Assembly: GCA_050485545.1 (NCBI GenBank)
Contig: JBJHBP010000008.1
Span: 24,678 to 88,677 of the forward strand
Length of the DNA: 64,000 nt
Direction of reading: 5' to 3'
From: Gammaproteobacteria bacterium
Lineage (GTDB): Bacteria > Pseudomonadota > Gammaproteobacteria > Steroidobacterales > Rariloculaceae
Below are positions 44,706 through 55,143 of the stretch, one piece after another. Both the position numbers and the translations under genes were made by a program. The notes under the pieces were generated by a model that did no database searches, was not told where the DNA came from, and saw only the letters and a program-made list of their open reading frames with translations. Every line of letters begins with the position of its first letter. The stretch's first letter is position 1.

Positions 44706-47489
44706 TCAGAAATTCACCGTCACGCGTGCATACAGCACCCGGCCGCGCGGATCATGCACCTTGGCGTCGTAGCCGCCATTGGTGGCCACCGGCGGTGGAT
44801 CCCGATCGGTCAGGTTGACGCCGCCAACACTCACTACAGGCCTGCCAACACCGCCGAACCGATAGGAGTACTGGCCATCCAGCGTCGTGAAGCTGCCGAT
44901 ACGCGTGAACGCCTCGGGGCCCTGGCCTGCCGCCACCTCATCGTTGTCGTACGAATTGATATGGCGCACGGCAAGGTTCAGTCCGTGGTTGCCCAGCCCC
45001 CAGTTCATGTTCGCATTCAAGCGCCAGCGTGGTGTCGAGGTGGCGAAGTTCGCGAAATTGCGTCGCCCGGCGCCATCCACCTGACCGGCCTGCGGGTCCT
45101 CCAGGTCGTAGGACGAAATCCGCGTGCCGTTGAGGCCGAACCTGAAAATGCCGGCATTGCGGCTGAACAGGTTGTAGCGCATCGACAGATCGAAGCCGTC
45201 CGTATCCAGCGACGACGCATTGTCGTAGTACGTCAGCACGCGCAGCAGCAGACCGGTGACCGGATCGCGGATCACCTGTGCCTGCGCCTGCGTATCGCCG
45301 CCCGCGGCGGCGTTCAGCAGGGCCTGTGGATTCTGCTGGATCAGCACGTTGCTGTAGCGGAACGACCAGTAATCCAGGCCCAGCTCCAGGTTGTCAGTGG
45401 CCGACCAGCTGACACCGAGATTGCGGATGTCGGCCTCCTCCGGCTGCAGCGGCTCGCCGTCCGGGTCCGGCTGGGTGCGTACCGGGAAGAACTGCGCCGA
45501 GCCGACATTCGGGTCGGTCAGCTGCGCCAGCGTGGTCTGCGTGCCGAAGGTCTGGAACAGCGATGGTGCACGGAAGGCCGTGCCAAGGGACGCGCGCAGC
45601 GAGACGTTCAGTGTCGGCCGCCACAGCAGCGTCGCCTTCGGATCGGTGGAGCGCACACCACTGCCGTAGTCTTCGCGGCGCGCGGCGAGCTGCAGATCCA
45701 CCGTGTCGCCCAGCGGCAGCGCCAGTTCGGCGAACACCGCATTCACGCTGCGGTCGTCGGCGAAATCGGGATTGCCGATCAGGAACATGTAGTTGTCGTT
45801 GTTGGCCTGTTCGTCGTACTCGTAGCTGATCTTTTCGCCGCGGTACTGCGCCCCCAGCGCAAGGCCGAGCGGGCCGCCGCGCAGGTCGCCGAACAGCGCC
45901 GACGCAACGAGGCCGGCGGTGGTCAGCTCCAGTCGGGCATGTATGCTCTCGGTGCCGAGCAGGTGGTCATACAGCGCTGAAGAATTCACCGTGCCGGTGC
46001 CCGTCAGTGCGCTGCCGAAGGGATTGAAGTACACGCAGGATCCTACGCCCGGCGTACCGGTCGATGCGTCGCAGTCCGGACCGCCCAGGCCGTTCATGGC
46101 CAGCGCAAAGCGGTCGGCAAGCACGTCTTCGGCTTTGATGAAGATCTTGTTGCCGCTCCATTGCGCGTCGGCATCCCAGCGCCAGCGTTCGCCGGCCTCG
46201 CCGTTCAGCGCGAGGGCGATGCGGCGGGTGTCGGAGTTGTGCGTGCTGACGCTGGCAGGACCCGCCGGCCCGATCAGGCGGCCGATGAACAGCACTTCGC
46301 TGCCGAACGGATTGTCGGGATGGGTGGCCGGCACCGTCGGGAACTGCGCGAACGGAAACGACGGTGAGTTGTTGCGCTCGGCGCGGTTGTTGACGACGTG
46401 CACCTCGAAGCGACCGTCCAGCGCATCCGTGAACCGATGCGTCATCTCCAGGTAGCCCGAGGCGCGTGTCTCTTGCGGAACAATCGAGTAGTAGTCACCA
46501 AAGTCGAACTGGCACAGGCCGATGTCGATCGATCCGCCCGGTGAGGGCACCGACATCGCGATGCCGGGAACGATCTTCGGGTCCTGCGCCGCCAGCGCCG
46601 TGCAGGCAGGGTCTGCGAACACCGGCGGGTTGGCGCCTGGCACCGGCGGCAATCCCAGCTGCGGCTCAACGAAATCGGCGACGCCGTTGCCGTTGCTGTC
46701 GAAAGCCGCCGTCCACACCGGCTGATAGGCGGGATTGCCCGGCAGTGAAGGCACCAGGAACGATCCCGGGTTGCCCGCCTGGCTGACATCGATGCCGGGC
46801 CCGGACAGGCGTCGATCGCGCGTTGTCAGCGGATCGCGATCCAGGTAGTTGAACGCGAACAGCAGGCCGGTACGTTCACTGCCGGTGCCGATCAGGCCGC
46901 TCATCTGCAGGTCGTTCTGCGGGTGATCGTGGACGGTCTGCGTGTCCAGCGTGAACTCGAAGCCGCGAAAGTTGCTGCGGGTGATGTAGTTGACCACGCC
47001 GGCAACCGCTTCGGAGCCGTACAGCGCCGCGGCGCCATCCTTCAGCACTTCCACACGATCGAACGCGATCATCGGCGGCAGCGACGACAGATCGACAAAG
47101 TTCTCGCCGCGATCGGTGGCCACCGCGCTTGGCGTCTGGCGACGGCCGTTCAGCAGCACCAGCGTGGAACTGACGCCCAGGCCGCGCAGGTTCACGTTGC
47201 TGGTGCCCGTGGTGAGGTTCTGCGTGAACGCATCGGGATTGTTCTGCGAGCCGGTATTGATCGTCAGTGCGTCGGTAATTTCACTGATGCGCGTGATACC
47301 GCTGGTATCGATCTCGTCGCGATCGACCACCACCAGCGGCGACGGCGAGTCGAACTGCGACGGCCGGCGGATATAGGTACCGGTGACGACGATCTCGTCC
47401 ACCGTGGTCTGCTGCTGTGCGATACCGGCGCCCGGAATCAGCAGGGTGCCGGGAATCATCCATAGTGCTGACGATCGACACAGTTTCAT
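44706..47489 (-). CDS. TonB-dependent outer membrane receptor (large, ~927 aa)
   Basis: Track ORF 44706-47543; ATG 47489 follows AGGAGC. Signal peptide, TonB-box/plug strings (DEIVVTGTYIRR, RVEVLKDGAAALYGSEAVAGVVNYIT), and a barrel ending ...LYARVTVNF. Confidence 0.9.
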   Translation of the reverse strand: MKLCRSSALWMIPGTLLIPGAGIAQQQTTVDEIVVTGTYIRRPSQFDSPSPLVVVDRDEIDTSGITRISEITDALTINTGSQNNPDAFTQNLTTGTSNVNLRGLGVSSTLVLLNGRRQTPSAVATDRGENFVDLSSLPPMIAFDRVEVLKDGAAALYGSEAVAGVVNYITRSNFRGFEFTLDTQTVHDHPQNDLQMSGLIGTGSERTGLLFAFNYLDRDPLTTRDRRLSGPGIDVSQAGNPGSFLVPSLPGNPAYQPVWTAAFDSNGNGVADFVEPQLGLPPVPGANPPVFADPACTALAAQDPKIVPGIAMSVPSPGGSIDIGLCQFDFGDYYSIVPQETRASGYLEMTHRFTDALDGRFEVHVVNNRAERNNSPSFPFAQFPTVPATHPDNPFGSEVLFIGRLIGPAGPASVSTHNSDTRRIALALNGEAGERWRWDADAQWSGNKIFIKAEDVLADRFALAMNGLGGPDCDASTGTPGVGSCVYFNPFGSALTGTGTVNSSALYDHLLGTESIHARLELTTAGLVASALFGDLRGGPLGLALGAQYRGEKISYEYDEQANNDNYMFLIGNPDFADDRSVNAVFAELALPLGDTVDLQLAARREDYGSGVRSTDPKATLLWRPTLNVSLRASLGTAFRAPSLFQTFGTQTTLAQLTDPNVGSAQFFPVRTQPDPDGEPLQPEEADIRNLGVSWSATDNLELGLDYWSFRYSNVLIQQNPQALLNAAAGGDTQAQAQVIRDPVTGLLLRVLTYYDNASSLDTDGFDLSMRYNLFSRNAGIFRFGLNGTRISSYDLEDPQAGQVDGAGRRNFANFATSTPRWRLNANMNWGLGNHGLNLAVRHINSYDNDEVAAGQGPEAFTRIGSFTTLDGQYSYRFGGVGRPVVSVGGVNLTDRDPPPVATNGGYDAKVHDPRGRVLYARVTVNF

Positions 47490-47520
47490 CGTCGTGCTCC
47501 TGAACGGTTGCGCGTGGCCG

Positions 47521-49506
47521 CTATTCGACCACGCTGGTGTCATTGATCTCGATCAACGTGCCGCCGGAGGCGGCGAACGTGACGGTCTGGCGCTGCATTT
47601 CCACGGTGGTTGCAAGGTCCAGCGCGGGATTGAACAGCGAGGAATGGCCGCCGGCCGTGAATCGCACGATGCCGCTGACGGTGGCCGGATCGAACACCGT
47701 ACTGCTGATCGATGGCAGGCCCCACAGCGATGCGATGTGATCGGTGGGGTCATTGGGCACCGTGGTATCACCGATCACCGACAGCACCAGCAGTGGCTGG
47801 TTGGCGGCCGCCGTGGCCACGTAGTTGGTCGGCTCCACCGGGTCGATCAGCGTCTGCAGGTCGCGCACGAAGTGGTCGAAGCCGGCCGTGCCCACGGGCA
47901 GGCCCTGGGCGGCCAGGCCGGCACGGATCGGTTCTCCGAATGTGATGGCTTCGGGATCGGTGAGGATGGCCGTCCAGGGTCCGGCCGGGTTGGCCAGCGT
48001 CGCGGTGACCAGCGGCGGTTCCATGCCGAGAAATACGCCGCTGATGATGCTGCCCAGCGAGACGGCAACGAAGTGAATGTTGTCGCCGTCGAAGTCCGGG
48101 CCGGCAAGACCATCGGGTACGGACATGGCTGGAATCGTATGTGTCAGATGCAGCAGGTCGGACACCGCCTGACGGATGTGATCGCGGGCATTGAGCGGGT
48201 TCTGCAGGTTCAGTATCTGCCAGCCGTTGTCGATCTGGCCGTCGGGCACGAAGACGCCGGTATCACCGACATTGTCCAGATTGAAATGTCGCTCGTTGTT
48301 GCCCAGCGGATGCCCCGGGCCCTGGTAGAACGGGCTGGCGGTGTCCAGTACGCCGTGCAGCGGCAGATCGATGGCGATCACCGCGAAGCCGGCCTGCGCA
48401 AAGGCGTCGGCCACGGCCAGCATCACCGTCCGGTTCAGCGTGATGCCATGCTGGAAGATCGCCACCGGCCAGCCCGCGGCCGGTCTGCTTTGACCGCTGT
48501 CGTCGTTGGGCAGCGTGAGCAGTACGGGAAGGCGCATGTTCGGCACGCGTGGCAGCGGTGCCGGGTTCAGCACATTGGGCGGCACGAATTCATCGTTCAC
48601 CCAGACGCTGTCCAGCGGCACGCTCGGATCGCCGAAGTACGGCGCCTCCATGTAGCCGAAGTAGAGATCAGCATAGCCGGCCAGGCCGAGGTTCAGATCG
48701 CCGGTGTTCACGCCGGCCGGAACGATCGTGGCCGATTGCGGTGCCACGCTGGCGGCCACGGCTTCGAGCACGTCGCCGGTGGACTGCGTCAGCATGCTCC
48801 AGGCGCTCACCACCGAAGCGCCCGGCAGTCCCAGCGTGCCGGCCAGATCGATCAGCGGCGTGATGGCGGGGAACAGCGGGTCGAGCTGCGGTGCACCGGG
48901 CACGCTGGTGAGTCCTGCCAGATGCGCGTCGCGCACCGCGCCGAAGATGGTGTCGGCACCGGCCGCCGAGCCATAGCTGCTCTGCACGCCGGAGGTGATG
49001 ATGAAGGCGTAGCGGGTACGCGGTGCCAGTGGCATCAGTGGAATGATTTCCAGCGTCGCGCCACTTGCTGCCGGAGAAACACGCAGCCGGTAGTGCAGGC
49101 CCGCTACCAGCGGCATATTGTTGGTCACGTCGAGCACGAACACGTTTTCCGTGCCGGTCGGATTCAGGGGATTGAACGGCACCAGCGACTGCGCATCCAG
49201 CGGTGCGTTGAACGGTGCGCTGATCGCCGCCGTGGTGGAGAAACCATCGATGGTGTTCAGCGCATTGGCCAGCGGACTGGTGATCTTCACCGGCACGTTC
49301 AGCCGTACGCCGGTGGGGTTGTACAGATCGTTGGGGTAGGGAACGACATCAACCGGCGGAGCGTACAGCGCAACGAATCCGGTGCCCTGCGGCGGGGCCG
49401 GCGCGGCGAAGGCTGTTGGCTCCGGGCCACGGGAGGTGCCGCTCTCGCAGCCGCTGACGGCCAGCACTGCCGACAGACAAAGCAGCGTAGTGGTGTATCG
49501 CAGCAT
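47521..49506 (-). CDS. Lipoprotein lipase/esterase (VolA/Pla-1-like: bacterial lipase N-terminal domain + alpha/beta hydrolase)
   Basis: Lipobox LAVSGC-ES. N-terminal NALNTIDGFSTTAAISAPF region as in Lipase_bact_N proteins. IFQHGITLNRT...AVIAIDLPLHG and the nucleophile elbow FVAVSLGSI. Its stop is 31 nt upstream of the TonB-receptor start. Confidence 0.65.
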   Translation of the reverse strand: MLRYTTTLLCLSAVLAVSGCESGTSRGPEPTAFAAPAPPQGTGFVALYAPPVDVVPYPNDLYNPTGVRLNVPVKITSPLANALNTIDGFSTTAAISAPFNAPLDAQSLVPFNPLNPTGTENVFVLDVTNNMPLVAGLHYRLRVSPAASGATLEIIPLMPLAPRTRYAFIITSGVQSSYGSAAGADTIFGAVRDAHLAGLTSVPGAPQLDPLFPAITPLIDLAGTLGLPGASVVSAWSMLTQSTGDVLEAVAASVAPQSATIVPAGVNTGDLNLGLAGYADLYFGYMEAPYFGDPSVPLDSVWVNDEFVPPNVLNPAPLPRVPNMRLPVLLTLPNDDSGQSRPAAGWPVAIFQHGITLNRTVMLAVADAFAQAGFAVIAIDLPLHGVLDTASPFYQGPGHPLGNNERHFNLDNVGDTGVFVPDGQIDNGWQILNLQNPLNARDHIRQAVSDLLHLTHTIPAMSVPDGLAGPDFDGDNIHFVAVSLGSIISGVFLGMEPPLVTATLANPAGPWTAILTDPEAITFGEPIRAGLAAQGLPVGTAGFDHFVRDLQTLIDPVEPTNYVATAAANQPLLVLSVIGDTTVPNDPTDHIASLWGLPSISSTVFDPATVSGIVRFTAGGHSSLFNPALDLATTVEMQRQTVTFAASGGTLIEINDTSVVE

Positions 49507-49631
49507 CGCCTCTCCCCCTCTCGTCGGTTGCGATATGACAGATCATATTCAATTTCACCGGAGCTGACATCTCAACGGGCCTGACTGTGGTTTCGGTTAG
49601 AATGCGCGGCGGCAGTCCGACGGAGCGCGAC

Positions 49632-50618
49632 GTGAAAATTGCGGTACTTTTTGGTGGCGACAGCATGGAGCGCGACGTATCGGTTGCGAGCGCCGCCCAG
49701 GTGGTGGCCGCTCTGCGCCAGCGTGGCCATGAGGTGGTTGCCGTGGATGCGCTGTCCGGCGCGCTGGATCGGGCAGTCGAAGCGGCGGCCCTGCAGCCGC
49801 GCATCGCCGCACTGCCGCCGGATCAAACGCGACCGGATGGCCTGCCGGCGGGACTGCTGACGCCTGAAGTGGTAGCCGCCGATCTGGTGTTCATCGCGCT
49901 GCACGGCACCACCGGCGAAGACGGCACCCTCCAGGGGCTGTACGACCTGGCCGGCGTGCGCTACACGGGCAGCGGCCGGCTGGGTTCAGCGCTGGGCTGG
50001 GACAAGGACGTTGCCAAGCGACTGTTTCGCGCGGCCAGCGTGCCCACGCCCGACTGGCTGATGGCGCCGGTGTCGGCCGAGCGGGTGGCCGACGAACTGG
50101 GATTCCCGGTGATCGTGAAACCCAGCGGCCAGGGTTCCACCGTGGGCCTGACGCTGGTCAATGAGCCCGGTGAACTGACGGCGGCGATCGCGCTGGCCGC
50201 GCGGTTCGACAGTGACGTCATGATCGAGCGCTATGTGGCCGGCCGCGAACTCACCGTTGGCATTCTCGATGACGAGCCGCTGGAAGTGGGCGAGATCATT
50301 CCGTCCACCGGGCCGATCTTCGACTACACCGCCAAGTATCAGCAGGGCGGTGCGCAGGAAATCTTTCCCGCCAGTCTTACGCCGGCGTTGCGCAGCGAGG
50401 CTCGGACGCTGGCGCTGGCGGCCCATCACAGTCTCAGGCTCGCCAGCTACAGTCGCGTCGACTTTCGCATGGATGCCGACGAACGGCTGTGGTGCCTTGA
50501 AGTGAATACCCTGCCCGGGCTGTCGTCCGGCAGCCTGCTGCCCCAGTCCGCCGCCGCCAGTGGTATCGGCTTCGACGAGCTCTGCGAGCGCATCGCGCGC
50601 GCGGCGCTGTCTGACTGA
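49632..50618 (+). CDS. ddl: D-alanine--D-alanine ligase
   Basis: Track ORF 49587-50618; GTG 49632 lies 6 nt after GGAG and gives (M)KIAVLFGGDSMERDVSVASA. ATP-grasp strings (FPVIVKPSGQGSTVG, RVDFRMD, LEVNTLPGL). Confidence 0.88.
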   Translation: MKIAVLFGGDSMERDVSVASAAQVVAALRQRGHEVVAVDALSGALDRAVEAAALQPRIAALPPDQTRPDGLPAGLLTPEVVAADLVFIALHGTTGEDGTLQGLYDLAGVRYTGSGRLGSALGWDKDVAKRLFRAASVPTPDWLMAPVSAERVADELGFPVIVKPSGQGSTVGLTLVNEPGELTAAIALAARFDSDVMIERYVAGRELTVGILDDEPLEVGEIIPSTGPIFDYTAKYQQGGAQEIFPASLTPALRSEARTLALAAHHSLRLASYSRVDFRMDADERLWCLEVNTLPGLSSGSLLPQSAAASGIGFDELCERIARAALSD

Positions 50619-50722
50619 TCAGCGTCTGTGCGAAACTGTCGGGCGGAGCGCCGGTCGCTGATCCGCCGGCCGCTCATCAGGTTCGCGATTTCCTATGGTT
50701 CTGCACGGAGACTGATCCGCCG

Positions 50723-51337
50723 ATGAAGCTTTATCACTCAGACAAGAGTCGTTCCACACGCGTCCTGTGGCTGCTGGAGGAATTGGGGCTGAAGTACGAA
50801 GTTGAACGACTGCCCTTCGACCGCAAGGCGCTGCAATCGGTGGATTACCTTCAGCTCAATCCATTCGGCAAGGTGCCGGTGCTGGTTGACGGTGCCGTGA
50901 CGATGTTCGAGTCGGTGGCCATCATCCAGTATGTGCTCAATCGCTATGGCGAAGGTCGTCTCGAGCCGGCCACGTCATCACCGGAGTACGGCCAGTTTCT
51001 TCAGTGGGTGCACTTCGGCGAGTCCACACTGATGGGGCCCGTGGCGCAGATTGCCCTGCACGCGATGCTGTTGCCCGAAACCGAGCGCAGCGTGGACCAG
51101 GAAGCCGCTGGCCGGCGGGCGTTCGCGCACTATGCCAGGCAGCTGGAGAAGGTGCTGAGCACGTCCACTTATCTGGTCGGAGACGACTTCACCGCAGCCG
51201 ATATCGTGATGGGCTATACGCTGGCCAGCGCCGCCGCCTTCGGTGCGATACCGGAGGATTGCACCGCGTTGCGTGCCTATCTGGGCCGACTGCAGCAGCG
51301 GCCAGCGTTCAAGCGGGCGTTCGGCCTCGCTGCGTGA
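50723..51337 (+). CDS. Glutathione S-transferase
   Basis: 204 aa. The N-terminal thioredoxin-like part (MKLYHSDKSRSTRVLWLLEELGL...NPFGKVPVLVDG...ESVAIIQY) and a helical C-terminal domain. Confidence 0.85.
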   Translation: MKLYHSDKSRSTRVLWLLEELGLKYEVERLPFDRKALQSVDYLQLNPFGKVPVLVDGAVTMFESVAIIQYVLNRYGEGRLEPATSSPEYGQFLQWVHFGESTLMGPVAQIALHAMLLPETERSVDQEAAGRRAFAHYARQLEKVLSTSTYLVGDDFTAADIVMGYTLASAAAFGAIPEDCTALRAYLGRLQQRPAFKRAFGLAA

Positions 51338-51359
51338 ACACGGGAACAGGCTATGAAAT

Positions 51360-51436
<77 letters not shown>

Positions 51437-51466
51437 TGAATGCCGAAAGGTGGCGCCGTGCCGCGG

Positions 51467-53296
<1,830 letters not shown>

Positions 53297-53431
53297 ATAG
53301 TGCCGTATTCCTCGTGAGATCGGGTCAGGCGGATCAAACGGTCAATTCTAGCGTAATCCAGTCGGTTCAGCCAGACTGCAAGCCGGTTCACGGTCCTGCA
53401 CCCCGGCCGGCGAACGGCCCCGAAGCCGGTA

Positions 53432-55129
53432 CTATTCGCTTTGACCACGCTGAAGCCGGTGTATCTCCGCTTCGCGGACCTTTTTTTCGCGATGCTCGCG
53501 GATCAGCCTGTCCAGGCTGTCGGCCAGGACCGCCGGTGCGGCGTCCTCGTCGTCCAGCGGTGCGATGGCCGCCAGCCGCCCGAGATGGCGGCCTTCGGGG
53601 TCATCGCGGAAGCGCTCCAGCAGTGTCGCGGAGCGGATTCCGGGGCTGTCGCGAATCTCATCCAGCAGGCGCCGCAGCAGGTCTGCACCGGGCTGGTGCA
53701 GCTCGTCCAGGCCCGCCACCGGCGGCAGGTTGGCGCCGGCAGCCGGGAAGTGCAGCAGCAGCGTAATGGCCTTGCGTACCAGCGTGGAACGGGTGCGGGA
53801 CGGGGCGGCGCGTGGCGCCGGGACGTTGGCGGCGGCGTCGGAATCCAGCAGCGCTTCGACCCGGGCCAGCGGCAGCTGCGCAGCGGCGGCCAGTTCGTTG
53901 ACCAGCAGTTCGCGGTAGACACCGGCCGGCAGACGCGCCAGCAGTGGTCTGGCCAGCGAGATCAGCCGCGCCCGCCCGTCGGCGCTGTCGGGATCGGCCT
54001 GTTCGCGCAGCGTGTCGATCATGAACGTGGACAGCGGCAGGGCGCTGGCGAGGCGTTCGCGGAAGGCGTCGGCGCCGGCGGCGCGCACCAGCGAGTCCGG
54101 ATCCTCACCCTGCGGCATCAGCAGGAAACTCAGCTCGACGTTGCCCCCGCCATACGGCAGCACCGTTTCCAGCGCGCGCCAGGCGGCGGCGCGACCGGCC
54201 CGGTCGCCATCGAAGCAGAATACGACGCGGCGCGCGAGGCGGGTCAGTCGCCGTACATGGTCGGGCGTCGTTGCGGTGCCCAGGGTCGCGACCGCGCCGG
54301 CAATGCCGTGCTGCGACAGGCTCGCCACGTCCAGGTAGCCTTCGACGACGATCAGCTCGTCGCTGCGCGACTGCTGCTGGCGCGCTTCATACAACCCGTA
54401 CAGCGCGCGTCCCTTGTGAAACACCGGGGTTTCGGGCGAGTTCAGGTACTTGGGTTCGCCGCTGCCGAGAACGCGACCACCAAATCCAAGCACCTGCCCG
54501 CGCGGGTCGCGGATCGGGAACATGATGCGGTCGCGGAAGCGGTCGTAGCGCCGGCCCTGTTCGTTCTCGATCACAAGGCCGGCGGTGATCAGCTGCGCGA
54601 TTCTTGCCGGGCTGGTGCCCAAGGCCGAGAGGATCGTGTCCCAGGCATCCGGCACGTAGCCCAGACCGAAGCGACCGGCGGTGGTGCCGTCGATGCCACG
54701 GTTTTTCAGATACTCGATCGCGTGCGGCGTCTCGCGCAGCAGGCGACGGTAGATCTGGTCGGCTTCGCGCAGCAGGTCGATCAGCGCATGACTGTCGTCG
54801 GTCGGCGCGTCGCGGTCGTCACGGATCTCGGGCATCTCAAGGCCGAGACTTTCGGCCAGCGATTCGATTGCCTCCGGAAAGCTCAGGCCTTCGTGGTTCA
54901 TCAGAAAGCCGATCGCCGTGCCGTGGGCACCGCAACCGAAGCAGTAGTAGAAGCCCTTCTCCGGGCTGACGGTGAACGACGGCGTTTTCTCGTTGTGGAA
55001 GGGGCACAGGCCCTTGAAGTCGCGGCCGCCCATTTTCTTCAGCGCCACACGCGTGCCGATGACCTCGACCAGATCGGCGCGGGCGATCACCTCATCGATG
55101 AAGGGCTGCGGAATGCGCCTGCTGCTCAT
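53432..55129 (-). CDS. dnaG: DNA primase DnaG
   Basis: Track ORF 53432-55333; ATG 55129 gives MSSRRIPQPFIDEVIARADLVEVI. Zinc-finger CPFHNEKTPSFTVSPEKGFYYCFGCGAHG and the TOPRIM strings VVEGYLDV / FCFDGDRAG. Confidence 0.93.
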   Translation of the reverse strand: MSSRRIPQPFIDEVIARADLVEVIGTRVALKKMGGRDFKGLCPFHNEKTPSFTVSPEKGFYYCFGCGAHGTAIGFLMNHEGLSFPEAIESLAESLGLEMPEIRDDRDAPTDDSHALIDLLREADQIYRRLLRETPHAIEYLKNRGIDGTTAGRFGLGYVPDAWDTILSALGTSPARIAQLITAGLVIENEQGRRYDRFRDRIMFPIRDPRGQVLGFGGRVLGSGEPKYLNSPETPVFHKGRALYGLYEARQQQSRSDELIVVEGYLDVASLSQHGIAGAVATLGTATTPDHVRRLTRLARRVVFCFDGDRAGRAAAWRALETVLPYGGGNVELSFLLMPQGEDPDSLVRAAGADAFRERLASALPLSTFMIDTLREQADPDSADGRARLISLARPLLARLPAGVYRELLVNELAAAAQLPLARVEALLDSDAAANVPAPRAAPSRTRSTLVRKAITLLLHFPAAGANLPPVAGLDELHQPGADLLRRLLDEIRDSPGIRSATLLERFRDDPEGRHLGRLAAIAPLDDEDAAPAVLADSLDRLIREHREKKVREAEIHRLQRGQSE

Positions 55130-55143
55130 GCGTGTGGCTGCGG

